DNA from: Gammaproteobacteria bacterium
Lineage (GTDB): Bacteria; Pseudomonadota; Gammaproteobacteria; SZUA-152
Assembly (NCBI GenBank): GCA_021648485.1
Contig: JAKISS010000003.1
Coordinates: 3,988-67,987 of the forward strand
Length of the DNA stretch: 64,000 bases
Direction: 5' to 3'
The position numbers and the translations under genes were made by a program. The notes under the pieces were generated by a model. That model was given only the letters and a program-made list of their open reading frames with translations, did no database searches and was not told the DNA's origin. Positions 27,803-37,349 of the stretch are shown here, piece by piece (position 1 is the stretch's first letter; the number at the start of each line of letters is the position of its first letter).

Positions 27803-28179
27803 TGATGGAAAGTATCAAGTGGTTGCATGTGGCTTGTGCGGTGCTGAGCGGTGGCGGGTTTTTTATCCGTGGTATTTTGATGATGCGTGAGTCGGCCTGG
27901 TTGCAGGCGCGCATGGTGAAGGTTGTTCCGCATGTGGTGGATACGGTGTTGTTGGTCAGTGCCATTGCTTTGGCATCCCAGTGGGGCTGGGCGGCGTTGC
28001 AGTTACCGTGGCTTTTGGCAAAAGTTGTGGCATTGCTGGTGTATATTGGCCTGGGCGTGGTGGCATTGCGGGCAGGGCGCAACAAGGGTGTACGTGTATT
28101 GGCGTGGCTGGCGGCGATGCTGGTGTTTGCTTATATTGTTGCGGTGGCGGTGAGTAAAAACCCGTTGGCCTTTTTTTAA
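27802..28179 (+). CDS. SirB2-like small inner-membrane protein
   Basis: About 125 aa with four predicted TM helices. HVACAVLSGGGFFIRG…VDT.LL.SAI is typical of the SirB family. The start was chosen at the MMESIKW codon. Confidence 0.55.
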   Translation: MMESIKWLHVACAVLSGGGFFIRGILMMRESAWLQARMVKVVPHVVDTVLLVSAIALASQWGWAALQLPWLLAKVVALLVYIGLGVVALRAGRNKGVRVLAWLAAMLVFAYIVAVAVSKNPLAFF

Positions 28180-28206
28180 CGTTTCCCCGCTGATTTCGCG
28201 GCAGTT

Positions 28207-28884
28207 TTGAGCGCTATGACCACTGATATCACATGGCTTGACCACTTTCCTGCACTGCAATCTATTGATGACGATGCCTGGTTGACGACGCTGACAAAGG
28301 CCAGGGCGTTATCCCTGCCTGCCGGGGTTACGGTGTTTCACGAGGGTGATGTTTGCCAGAATTATCTGCTGGTATTGGCAGGCTCGGTGCGGGTGCAGAA
28401 GCTTTCTGAATCGGGCAAGGAGATTGTGCTGTATCGTGTAGAGGCAGGGCAGTCCTGTGTATTAACTACCGCCTGTCTGTTGTCCAATGAGTCTTATTAT
28501 GCCGAAGCCATTACCGAGACGGTTGTGGAGGCGGTGAGTATTCCGCTGTCGGCTTTTCAGCAGGCTTTGGCTGTTCCTGCCTTTCGTGAGTTTGTTTTTG
28601 CGACGTATGGTGAGCGGGTTACCTCATTGGTGATGCTGATTGATGCTATCGCCTTTGGGCGCATGGATGCACGTCTGGCCCGTTTGTTGTTGGCGATGGC
28701 CGATGCCGACAATGTGGTGCATGCCACTCATCAGATATTGGCGCGCGAACTGGGTACGGCGCGTGAGGTGGTGAGTCGTTTGTTAAAGGAATTTGAGCGC
28801 CACGGCTGGCTGATGTTGCAGCGAGGGTGTATTCATTTGCAGCAGCGACAGGTTTTGATGGAGGTGGCTGCCAGTTCTGTGTGA
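28207..28884 (+). CDS. Crp/Fnr-family transcriptional regulator
   Basis: An N-terminal cNMP-binding beta-roll (FHEGDVCQNYLLVLAGSVRV…) and a C-terminal HTH (ARELGTAREVVSRLLKEFERHGW). Confidence 0.85.
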   Translation: MSAMTTDITWLDHFPALQSIDDDAWLTTLTKARALSLPAGVTVFHEGDVCQNYLLVLAGSVRVQKLSESGKEIVLYRVEAGQSCVLTTACLLSNESYYAEAITETVVEAVSIPLSAFQQALAVPAFREFVFATYGERVTSLVMLIDAIAFGRMDARLARLLLAMADADNVVHATHQILARELGTAREVVSRLLKEFERHGWLMLQRGCIHLQQRQVLMEVAASSV

Positions 28885-28956
28885 CATTGTCACTGCCATT
28901 TCAATACAGATGTTTTATTTTTCAGGTGAACTTGTTTTTGAAAAAGGAGGTTGGAA

Positions 28957-29154
28957 ATGAATCTGAATGTTGGTGGCATTGATAAAATATTGCGTATTGT
29001 GGCGGGTGTTGTACTGATTGGCTTGACGGTAACCGGTGTGATTGGTGTGTGGGGCTGGATTGGTATTGTGCCGCTGGCGACGGGGTTGATCAACTGGTGT
29101 CCGTTGTATCCGATGATCGGTCTCAACACCCGTCACACGGAAAAAAGCGAGTAA
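28957..29154 (+). CDS. DUF2892 (YgaP-like) small membrane protein
   Basis: MNLNVGGIDKILRIVAGVVLIGL… matches the DUF2892 consensus. AAGGAGG lies 6 nt upstream of the ATG. Confidence 0.6.
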   Translation: MNLNVGGIDKILRIVAGVVLIGLTVTGVIGVWGWIGIVPLATGLINWCPLYPMIGLNTRHTEKSE

Positions 29155-29163
29155 TAACCCGTA

Positions 29164-29643
29164 TTAAAGCCGGTTCGTGGCAATGGCCAGCCAGGCCACT
29201 GCCAGTCCGGCGGGCGTGCCAAGCAAATAATACCGGGAGGAGACGCCACCAATAACGCGCAGCCAGGCAGGTGCGCGTTTTTCTGCGGATGTTATGTCAA
29301 GCACCTGAAAGCGCATATCATCGGGATGTTGTTGTGCAATATCATCCAGTTTATTTTTCCAGGCCTTTTGAAACAATGACGTGCGGCCAATTGAAAGCAG
29401 CCAGATGATATTAAGCACAAAACCACCGGCGGCCAGTAACGTTAAGTTGTCATTCTGCAACGATAAAAAGCCCAATAATCCGGCATTGCTGGCAAGTAAA
29501 AATTGCAGTTTGATGGTTTTGATCGGGTTTTCTGCCTGCCAGAGCTGGAGCAAGGTATTGTAGATTTGCAAATCACCTTCAGCTGGTGAGTTATCACTGG
29601 CGACGTTGTTGTTTTCGTCGCTAACGTCGGGACTGATATTCAT
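29164..29643 (-). CDS. Hypothetical membrane protein
   Basis: 159 aa with two hydrophobic segments and no recognisable domain. Confidence 0.4.
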   Translation of the reverse strand: MNISPDVSDENNNVASDNSPAEGDLQIYNTLLQLWQAENPIKTIKLQFLLASNAGLLGFLSLQNDNLTLLAAGGFVLNIIWLLSIGRTSLFQKAWKNKLDDIAQQHPDDMRFQVLDITSAEKRAPAWLRVIGGVSSRYYLLGTPAGLAVAWLAIATNRL

Positions 29644-29860
29644 GATGCGTTCCTGTTGGCTGTGTGTGAATTAAGCGTTAAAAACACGCTACTTTTAAAA
29701 ATCACCGGGTATTTAACGCAGGGGACATAGAGCGTTTAGTGTTTTTTGTTTTTCTCTGCGTCCTTTGCGCCTCTGCGACCTCTGCGTTTATAACACGCCA
29801 CTTGTCAGCGCCACGACAACATAATCTCCCATTGTACTGGAGCGCTTATTCGGGGATTAA

Positions 29861-29940
29861 CCCCATGGCCGTTAGGCTAAGCCGGGTAGGGTGGAACAAG
29901 CGTAGCGGTTCCACCAAACGGGAAAGGGACATATTCAAAA
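29861..29940 (+). repeat. REP-like element copy R4 (…CCGGGTAGGGTGGAACAAGCGTAGCGGTTCCACCAAACGGGAAAGGGACATATTCAAAATGA)
   Basis: Near-identical to R1 over about 60 nt, including the flanking GGGAAAGGG(G/A)CATATTCAA. Confidence 0.7.
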
Positions 29941-30029
29941 TGACGGTGTTCTCAGTAAAAAGGGCTAATGGAGTGGTTTAATTTTTAATTTCCATTCCTT
30001 AGCGCTTAATGCACATTGATGACGCTGAA

Positions 30030-31238
30030 TCAGCGTGTGGATGCAGGTCGTGGTCGCCGCAACCCTCTGGCACGTAACAACAATTTGTTGCCAAAACGAT
30101 GGTTGATGTCATCGGTGATTTTATCGATGCTTTCGGCCTTGCTATGGGCGGCGTCAGGGTTTGCATCATCAGTATGTGGCGTATCAAACAGGCCGAGTTG
30201 TTCATGGGGTTCCCCGGTATCAAACCCACCGACACCCATGCCAATGAGCCGAATGGGTGGCAGTCCACTGGTTATTTCCTTGTTCAGCAATTGCCGGACA
30301 GTACGCCACAAATCGCGGGTATGATGCGTGGCGGCGCTGAGACTGTGTACACGGGTGATGGTGTGAAAGTTATCGAAGCGTAATTTGAGTTGCACGGTGC
30401 GACCTTGCACGTTTTGACGACGCATACGCCAGGCGACCTGCTCGGTGAGGCTGGAAAGTACGCCGCTCAAAATTTCCACATCATTGATGTCTTGCGCAAA
30501 GGTGGTTTCGCGGGAAATGGATTTGGCATCACGTTCGGTAATCACTGCTCGCGGATCATAACCCCGGGCCAATTGTCGCAGTTGCTCACCGTATTGGCCG
30601 AAATGCTGACGGATGAATGATTCGGGCGCATGGCGTAAATCTGCAATGCTATGAATTTGTCGAGCGCGGAGCTTTTTCTCAGTCACCTTGCCAACACCCC
30701 ATAAGCGAGACACTGGCAGCGGATCGAGAAATGCTTGTATGCCTGCGGCTTCCACCACCACAAAGCCATCGGGTTTTTGCACATCCGAGGCGATTTTGGC
30801 GACAAATTTGTTGGATGCTACACCCATGGAAATCACCAGCTTCAGTTCTTTCATCACGGCTTGTTTGATATCACGGGCAATCTGTGAGGCAGGGCCGAAT
30901 AACACGGTGCTGGCGGTTACATCGAGAAAGGCTTCGTCCAGCGACAGGGGTTCGATGAGGGGCGTGTAGCGGGCAAAAATATCCTGAATTTGCCGTGAGA
31001 CCTCGCTGTACAGCGCCATGCGTCCGGGTAAAACAACCAGTTCGGGACAGCGCTTGAGTGCTGTTGCTGTGGGCATGGCACTACGAATGCCATATTGCCG
31101 CGCCACGTAACTGGCTGCTGCGACCACGCCCCGGCTTTCTGCCCGACCACCCACCACCACAGGCCTGCCGCGCAGTGCCGGTTGCTCACGGATTTCCACT
31201 GAGGCAAAAAAGGCATCCATATCGGCGTGAATAATCAT
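30030..31238 (-). CDS. dinB: DNA polymerase IV (Y-family translesion polymerase) with C-terminal extension
   Basis: MIIHADMDAFFASVE…, the LSLDEAFLDVT motif, and thumb and little-finger blocks. At 402 aa it is about 45 aa longer than E. coli DinB. Confidence 0.9.
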   Translation of the reverse strand: MIIHADMDAFFASVEIREQPALRGRPVVVGGRAESRGVVAAASYVARQYGIRSAMPTATALKRCPELVVLPGRMALYSEVSRQIQDIFARYTPLIEPLSLDEAFLDVTASTVLFGPASQIARDIKQAVMKELKLVISMGVASNKFVAKIASDVQKPDGFVVVEAAGIQAFLDPLPVSRLWGVGKVTEKKLRARQIHSIADLRHAPESFIRQHFGQYGEQLRQLARGYDPRAVITERDAKSISRETTFAQDINDVEILSGVLSSLTEQVAWRMRRQNVQGRTVQLKLRFDNFHTITRVHSLSAATHHTRDLWRTVRQLLNKEITSGLPPIRLIGMGVGGFDTGEPHEQLGLFDTPHTDDANPDAAHSKAESIDKITDDINHRFGNKLLLRARGLRRPRPASTR

Positions 31239-31382
31239 GTGCGTATTTTACGCGTAAGCGCCTATGCCGCAAAAGGTGTTATTCAGTTAACCCCGGATTT
31301 TTTCAGTTTGGCTTCAGCTTGGTGGAGTAGCGTATCACCTGGCAACACTATAGCGCTGATAAAAGCAAAAGGAGATTGAGAT

Positions 31383-32021
31383 ATGAATACATCCGTTTCA
31401 AAGTTTGATGATGAGGCCATTGATTCCCAACAGGGGCAGGTTCAACAAAAACAGGTCACAGTGTGGGACCCGTTGGTACGTATATTCCATTGGTCGCTGG
31501 TGAGTGCCTTTTTCATTGCTTATTTTACCGAGGACGATTTGCTGGACATACATGTTTATGCCGGTTATGTCGTTGCCGGTCTGCTGGTTTTCCGATTGAT
31601 CTGGGGGCTTGTGGGCAGTCGTCATGCACGTTTTACGGATTTTGTGAAACGTCCCAGTGAGGTATGGGCTTATTTGAAGTCCATTATCGGCCAGCATCCA
31701 CGGCGCTATTTAGGCCACAACCCTGCCGGTGGTGCGATGATTATCGCTTTATTGTCGTCGCTGGTGCTGGTCACGATAAGCGGTATCGTCATTTACAGCA
31801 TTGAGGAATCTGCCGGGCCGTTGGGTGCCAGTCTGTCCGGGGTGGGTGAGTTTTGGGAGGATGTGGTGGAGGAGCTGCATGAGTTTTTCTCCAATGTCAC
31901 GGTGGCTCTGGTGTTTTTTCATGTGACCGGTGTGCTGATTGCCAGCCTCCAGCACAAAGAAAACCTTGTTAAGTCAATGGTTAATGGCCGCAAGCCTGTT
32001 GATGAAGAAGATGCAAAATGA
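31383..32021 (+). CDS. Cytochrome b561-family membrane protein (PF01292-type b-type cytochrome)
   Basis: VWDPLVRIFHWSLV…HPRRYLGHNPAGGAMI… carries conserved His ligands on TM helices. It overlaps the start of the next gene (operon). Confidence 0.8.
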   Translation: MNTSVSKFDDEAIDSQQGQVQQKQVTVWDPLVRIFHWSLVSAFFIAYFTEDDLLDIHVYAGYVVAGLLVFRLIWGLVGSRHARFTDFVKRPSEVWAYLKSIIGQHPRRYLGHNPAGGAMIIALLSSLVLVTISGIVIYSIEESAGPLGASLSGVGEFWEDVVEELHEFFSNVTVALVFFHVTGVLIASLQHKENLVKSMVNGRKPVDEEDAK

Positions 32022-32431
32022 AAACGCGAGATGATGTGCTGCGTAAGAGGCTGTTCATTTTGCTGGTTGCCGTACCATTGGCCAGTCAGGCATCCGTGGT
32101 GGATGAGCAACTGGCCAGTTATCAGGCCAGTGGGGCGGGGCCATTCAGTGCGCAAAAAGGTGAACAACTGTGGCAGCAGGAAGTGGTGAGTGAAAAGGAT
32201 GGCCGTACACGTAGTTGTACCACTTGTCATGGCAATGATTTGCGCAGTAGCGGCAAACACGCGAAAACCGGTAAGGCTATTGAGCCGCTCAGTCCGTCGG
32301 TCAATGCTGAACGTCTGAGTAGTGCGAAAAAAATCCGCAAATGGTTTAAACGCAATTGTAAGTGGACCTGGGGGCGGGAATGCACACCGCAGGAAAAAGG
32401 CGATTTTTTGAGCTTTATTCGTAGCCAGTAG
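32018..32431 (+). CDS. DUF1924-family periplasmic mono-heme protein
   Basis: A signal peptide and a CTTCHG (CxxCH) site. The position and size are typical of the DUF1924 member of this conserved module. Confidence 0.6.
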   Translation: MKTRDDVLRKRLFILLVAVPLASQASVVDEQLASYQASGAGPFSAQKGEQLWQQEVVSEKDGRTRSCTTCHGNDLRSSGKHAKTGKAIEPLSPSVNAERLSSAKKIRKWFKRNCKWTWGRECTPQEKGDFLSFIRSQ

Positions 32432-32463
32432 TTTATAGCTGCACTCATGTTGAAAGGTTAAAG

Positions 32464-33051
32464 GTGACTGTCATGGATAATAGTAAAAGCAAAACCTGGA
32501 GTATCGTATTGACGATGGGTTTCACGCTGGGTTTGGTTGGTATCAGCGGGATGGTGATCAGTGATGACGATGATTACGAAGGCAATGACCGGTGGAGTCA
32601 ATCCCGACTGGATGTGGCACCGGTGGACAATGCTTTTTACAAAGAGGAATGTGGCTCCTGTCATTTTCCCTATCAACCGGGTTTGTTGCCTGCCCGTTCC
32701 TGGCAGCGGTTGATGGGTGGGCTGGAAGATCATTTTGCTGAAAATGCAGAACTGGAGGCTGCCGATGCCCAGCAGCTCACGGCTTATCTCACAGAAAATG
32801 CGGCGGATACATCTGATTATAAGCGGTCACGCGGTATAAGCCGTTCACTGGCTAAGGATGATGCTCCGTTGCGTATCAGCACAACACGTTATTTCAAGCG
32901 TAAGCATCACGAGTTATCTGATCGCATGGTGAAAGATAATCCCGACGTGCGGTCGTTCAGCAATTGCGAGCTTTGTCATAAACGGGCTGCACAAGGGTCT
33001 TATGACGAGCATCAGGTGAGAATACCGGGTTATGCTGACTGGGATGATTGA
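32464..33051 (+). CDS. Diheme cytochrome c (DHC family)
   Basis: Two CxxCH sites (CGSCHF, CELCHK), a signal anchor, and about 195 aa. Confidence 0.7.
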   Translation: MTVMDNSKSKTWSIVLTMGFTLGLVGISGMVISDDDDYEGNDRWSQSRLDVAPVDNAFYKEECGSCHFPYQPGLLPARSWQRLMGGLEDHFAENAELEAADAQQLTAYLTENAADTSDYKRSRGISRSLAKDDAPLRISTTRYFKRKHHELSDRMVKDNPDVRSFSNCELCHKRAAQGSYDEHQVRIPGYADWDD

Positions 33052-33198
33052 TTCTGGCTTTGGCTTTGTGGTGAAAGCGGGTGAGTGGTATTGGATGATG
33101 CGCGGTGTTGTTAAGGGATGCAGAGACAATCATTTGAATCATGTCTGCTGTTACAGTAGGTTCATCTGATTAATGCAGGTTGAAAAGAAGGTGTTTGA

Positions 33199-33507
33199 AT
33201 GAGGTATTTATCAATCATGGTGCTGTTGTTGGGTTTGTCAGGCCTGTTTGTCCTGACTCCCGGACTGAGCGATGAGGATCACCAGCAGGCCCGGCGCTTA
33301 AAAGAGCTGGGAGAAATTCTGCCACTGGAAGACATTATCAAGGCCGCCAAAGCCAGACAGCCAGGACGGGTGATCGAGGTCGAACTGGAAAATAAAAAAG
33401 GACGCTATGTTTACGAAGTGGAATTGTTGAATGCGCGTGGTGAAGTCTGGGAACTCTATTTTGACGCCGCCACTGGCGAGTTGATCAAACGTGAGCGGGA
33501 GGACTGA
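33199..33507 (+). CDS. PepSY-domain periplasmic protein
   Basis: A signal peptide and VIEVELE.KKGRYVYEV.LL...G.V.E..FDA.TGEL match the PepSY fold pattern. Confidence 0.6.
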   Translation: MRYLSIMVLLLGLSGLFVLTPGLSDEDHQQARRLKELGEILPLEDIIKAAKARQPGRVIEVELENKKGRYVYEVELLNARGEVWELYFDAATGELIKRERED

Positions 33508-34166
33508 TGAGATTATTGCTGGTCGAAGATGATGAGGCGCTGGCCGCAGGTCTCAAGCAGGATTTGTCCCGTGCAGGTTTTGCCGTGGATATGGCGCACG
33601 ATGGTATCGACGGGGAATTCATGGGCAATGAGGTGGATTACGATGCGGTGATTCTTGACCTGGGACTGCCAAAAAAGCCGGGACTTGATGTGTTGACCGA
33701 CTGGCGCAAGCAAAAAAATACCGTGCCGGTGATCGTGCTTACCGCACGGGATGCCTGGAATGAGCGGGTCGATGGGCTGCGTGCCGGTGCTGATGATTAT
33801 CTGGGCAAGCCTTTTCATGTGGAAGAACTGCTGGCGCGCATTGATGCGATGATTCGTCGTCGTGGCGGGCGTGCTGATGATTCGCTGGAAATAGCCGGTC
33901 TGGTGCTGGACGAAGAGCGTCAGCAGGTGACGGATACTACGGGTACCTGTCATGGATTAACGGGGACAGAATTTCGTTTGCTGCGCTATTTCATGAATCA
34001 TCCCGGCAAGGTGCTATCCAAAAGCAAACTTACGGAACATGTTTACGAAGATGACACAGACCGGGACAGCAATGTGATCGAAGTGTATGTGCGCCGCCTG
34101 CGTGACAAACTGGGCAGTGAATGCATTCATACCCGGCGTGGGCAAGGTTATGTTTTTGGGGAATAA
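33507..34166 (+). CDS. OmpR-family response regulator
   Basis: MRLLLVEDDEALAAGL… is the REC domain (D..D…K). A C-terminal winged helix follows (EF.LL..F…G.V.S…L). Confidence 0.9.
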   Translation: MRLLLVEDDEALAAGLKQDLSRAGFAVDMAHDGIDGEFMGNEVDYDAVILDLGLPKKPGLDVLTDWRKQKNTVPVIVLTARDAWNERVDGLRAGADDYLGKPFHVEELLARIDAMIRRRGGRADDSLEIAGLVLDEERQQVTDTTGTCHGLTGTEFRLLRYFMNHPGKVLSKSKLTEHVYEDDTDRDSNVIEVYVRRLRDKLGSECIHTRRGQGYVFGE

Positions 34167-34181
34167 ACGTGGAGACAGGGT

Positions 34182-35528
34182 TTGAATTCGGTACAGCAAC
34201 GTTTGCAACTGGGGCTGGCAGCCAGTGTAGTGCTGCTGATGCTGTTGTTATGGTGGCTGGTAGCAGGTGCCATTGAAAAATTTGGTGAAGCGTTTGTGCA
34301 GTCACGATTGGAGCATGATGTCGATAGTCTGTTGTCCACCTTGCAGGTAGATGAAAACGGCGTGTTGCAATTAACGCCGGGGCGTATGACAAACATCTAC
34401 AGGCAACCCTTTTCCGGTCATTATTTTGTGGTGTTGAGTGATGGTGAAACACTTTATTCCCGCTCATTGTGGGATGAGTCTCTCGCCGTATCACGATTGC
34501 CCAAAGGCGTGGTGCGTCAGTGGAATACACAGGGTCCGGCGGGACAGACATTGTTGGTGTGGGCGGGCGGGTTTCAGAAACAGGGACAGCATTTCACCCT
34601 TGCCGTTGCGGAGGATTTGACGCCATTGTCGGAAAGTCTGGTGCGTTTCAACTGGTATTTTGCCGGTCTGTCGTTGCTGGCATTATTGGTCTTGCTTGGT
34701 GTACAACACTACGTTGTGCGGCGATCCTTTCGTCCGTTAGAACAGATTTTGCACGAGGTTAAAAACCTGCAACAGGGCGAGGTGGGCGAATTAAGTGAGC
34801 ATGTGCCCGCCGAGGTACGACCGCTGGTGCGCGAAGTTAATCACCTGTTGCGTCTGCTGGGTGAAAGACTGCAACGTTCGCGCAATGCATTGGGTAATCT
34901 TGCTCACGCTCTCAAAGGCCCGCTAAGTCTGCTGACCCGGCTTGAGCAACAGGAAAACGTGCGTGCATTGCCCGACCTGTCTGCCGACTTGAAACAGCAG
35001 ACCGATAGCATTCGTCAACTCATGGATCGTGAGCTGAAACGTGCCCGGCTCATGGGACAGGGTGTACCTGGCGTGCGTTTTGCACCGCAGGAAGAAATGC
35101 CGGTGCTGGTGGATGTGTTGCAACGCATGTTTGCGGCCACGGATGGGCAGGAAAAACGGTTGAAAATTCACTGGCAGGCACCGGACGTGGTTTTTGTTTT
35201 TGATCGTGACGATATGCTGGAATTGATCGGTAATCTATTGGATAACGCCTGTAAGTGGGCCAACCATCAAGTACGTTGTGAATTGCAGGGGGATGAATAT
35301 CATTTGCAGTTAGTGGTGGAAGATGATGGTCCGGGCTGCGGTGATGAGGAAATCAAACAGTTAACGGCACGGGGTGTGCGCATTGACGAAGCAGCACCCG
35401 GTCATGGTTTGGGGTTGGCGATAGTGCGGGATGTGGTAGAGATTTATGGTGGCGTGTTAACGCTGGGCCGTTCGCCGACACTGGGAGGTTTGCGGGTTTC
35501 GGTGTGTCTGGAATCTGCTCGGACTTAG
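34182..35528 (+). CDS. Sensor histidine kinase (partner of the preceding response regulator)
   Basis: Two TM segments, a HAMP-like region, an H-box region (LAHALKGPL), and HATPase_c blocks (DDGPGCGDE, GHGLGLAIV). Confidence 0.85.
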   Translation: MNSVQQRLQLGLAASVVLLMLLLWWLVAGAIEKFGEAFVQSRLEHDVDSLLSTLQVDENGVLQLTPGRMTNIYRQPFSGHYFVVLSDGETLYSRSLWDESLAVSRLPKGVVRQWNTQGPAGQTLLVWAGGFQKQGQHFTLAVAEDLTPLSESLVRFNWYFAGLSLLALLVLLGVQHYVVRRSFRPLEQILHEVKNLQQGEVGELSEHVPAEVRPLVREVNHLLRLLGERLQRSRNALGNLAHALKGPLSLLTRLEQQENVRALPDLSADLKQQTDSIRQLMDRELKRARLMGQGVPGVRFAPQEEMPVLVDVLQRMFAATDGQEKRLKIHWQAPDVVFVFDRDDMLELIGNLLDNACKWANHQVRCELQGDEYHLQLVVEDDGPGCGDEEIKQLTARGVRIDEAAPGHGLGLAIVRDVVEIYGGVLTLGRSPTLGGLRVSVCLESART

Positions 35529-35540
35529 GATGAATCTGCT

Positions 35541-36089
35541 GTGAAACTCATTAATGCTAACAAACAGTCCAAAAACCTGAGCGTTACAGTCATAGGATTT
35601 ATTGTATTGGCAGTTTCAACCTTCGCTTGTTCTGCACCTGGGGATAAAATATTTGTGAATTCATCATCAGGTGAACTCTTTACTCAGTTGGTAAATAACA
35701 ATAGCCAGACACAACGTACATTAAAACTTAATAATAATTTACAATTTAATGTCATTCTGGACGGTACGTCCAAGGGTAACGGTACCCTGAAAATCCATAA
35801 TCTGAATTTACGAATTTTTGACCAACATGATGATGGTGTTGTTTATGAAGGCGACGTGCTTAACGTTGATTTTAAAGATTTGAATGATGATAAATTAAAT
35901 GAAATTATTATAACCGGTATTCTTAAATATACCGGTGACAATGAATCTGATTCCGTCAATTATGAATCATTTGCACAAATTTTCAGCTTCGATTGCAAGT
36001 TGGGTTTTTTTGTAAGTTTATATAAAACAGGGCGTTATTCTGTAGAGCTGCCAGCAGTCACTGTTGATCCCGTTATGTGCGTTTATTAG
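35541..36089 (+). CDS. Hypothetical secreted/lipoprotein-like protein in an AT-rich insert
   Basis: 182 aa with a signal peptide, Asn-rich and low GC. No recognisable domain. Confidence 0.4.
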   Translation: MKLINANKQSKNLSVTVIGFIVLAVSTFACSAPGDKIFVNSSSGELFTQLVNNNSQTQRTLKLNNNLQFNVILDGTSKGNGTLKIHNLNLRIFDQHDDGVVYEGDVLNVDFKDLNDDKLNEIIITGILKYTGDNESDSVNYESFAQIFSFDCKLGFFVSLYKTGRYSVELPAVTVDPVMCVY

Positions 36090-36160
36090 AACGACATAAA
36101 TTTTCCTGGAAAATCGTTCAGTGCATGGCTTATCCTGAGCCACGCAAAAATCCCGATGGT

Positions 36161-37315
36161 TTAGCTTGTTGCAGCTTCATTGGCATTGTCTCTGTACATG
36201 CAAATGCCACTGCCATCGCGTTTTGCCGTGTACATAGCTGCATCGGCACGGCCAACCAAGGTATCAGCGTCGGTACCATGGTCTGGATAAAACGCACTGC
36301 CAATGCTTGCGCCAATGCTGATTTTTTCACCATTGCTATCCATGACAACAGGTTCCATGAAGGCGGACATTATTTTTTTCAAAACGATTTCGGGTGATTC
36401 CCGGGCAACGGCTGGCAGAACAAAGGCAAATTCATCACCGCCAAGCCGAGCGACGGTGTCGCTGTCCCGTAAGGTTTTCTGGATGCGGTCTGCCACGGTT
36501 TTGAGTACATAATCCCCGGACAAATGGCCCCGCTGATCATTGATTTCCTTGAATCCATCGAGATCCATCATTGCCACCGCAAATTGGGTTTTGTTGCGCG
36601 TAGCCAGTTTGATGGCTTGTTCCAGCCGGTCATGGAACAGGATACGATTGGGTAAACCGGTGAGCGCATCATGCAGGACTGCACGTTTAAGCTGGCTGTT
36701 GGAGTCAGCCAATTCGGCATTTTTTGCTTCCAGTTCAGCCAATAAGTCCTGGAGTTGAAGGGTGCGTTGTTCTACTTCCTGCTCCAGATTCTGGACATGA
36801 TTTCTGGCTTGCTCACCCAGGTTCCATTTCTTTACCAGGCTTAATGCCATTTGTTGCACAGCGATGGCATCAAACGGTTTACGTAGAAACAGCAGTTTGT
36901 CATTGCTGCCCAGTTTTTCGATAATGTCATCCCAGGTGTAATCGGAATAGGCGGTGCATAATACCATTTCGATGTAGGGGTGCTTTAACCAGATGCGGCT
37001 GATGGTTTCGATGCCATCCCAGCCAGGCGGCATGCGTACATCCATAAAAATCAGTGCATAGGGTCGCCCTTCCTGTGCAGCTTTATCCACCATGGACAGG
37101 GCTTCCTGGCCCTGTAGTGCGGAATCGACGGCATATTGCAGAATATCATCCGGGGCTTTGTTTTTGGGCTTACCTCCATCGTCGCCAAACAGCTCGGCTT
37201 CCAGGTCATCCAGCGCGGCGTGGTCTGCATTCTGTTCATGGACTAAAACTTTATAAAAATCCTCATGGATAGATTCGTTATCATCAACAATTAAAATGCG
37301 TGTGTTGTGTTCCAT
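36161..37315 (-). CDS. Response regulator–diguanylate cyclase (REC + GGDEF)
   Basis: The N-terminal REC (ILIVDDNESIHEDF…) has an insertion. The C-terminal GGDEF domain has an intact RLGGDEF motif. Confidence 0.85.
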   Translation of the reverse strand: MEHNTRILIVDDNESIHEDFYKVLVHEQNADHAALDDLEAELFGDDGGKPKNKAPDDILQYAVDSALQGQEALSMVDKAAQEGRPYALIFMDVRMPPGWDGIETISRIWLKHPYIEMVLCTAYSDYTWDDIIEKLGSNDKLLFLRKPFDAIAVQQMALSLVKKWNLGEQARNHVQNLEQEVEQRTLQLQDLLAELEAKNAELADSNSQLKRAVLHDALTGLPNRILFHDRLEQAIKLATRNKTQFAVAMMDLDGFKEINDQRGHLSGDYVLKTVADRIQKTLRDSDTVARLGGDEFAFVLPAVARESPEIVLKKIMSAFMEPVVMDSNGEKISIGASIGSAFYPDHGTDADTLVGRADAAMYTAKRDGSGICMYRDNANEAATS

Positions 37316-37349
37316 TGTGATCTCCCGAGAGTATTGTGATATGTCTGTT

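Noticed and set aside
28207-29154. Possible functional link between the Crp/Fnr regulator and the downstream DUF2892 gene, with a candidate FNR/CRP palindrome
   Set aside because: No convincing TTGAT…ATCAA or TGTGA…TCACA palindrome was found in the 70 bp between them. Adjacency alone is insufficient.
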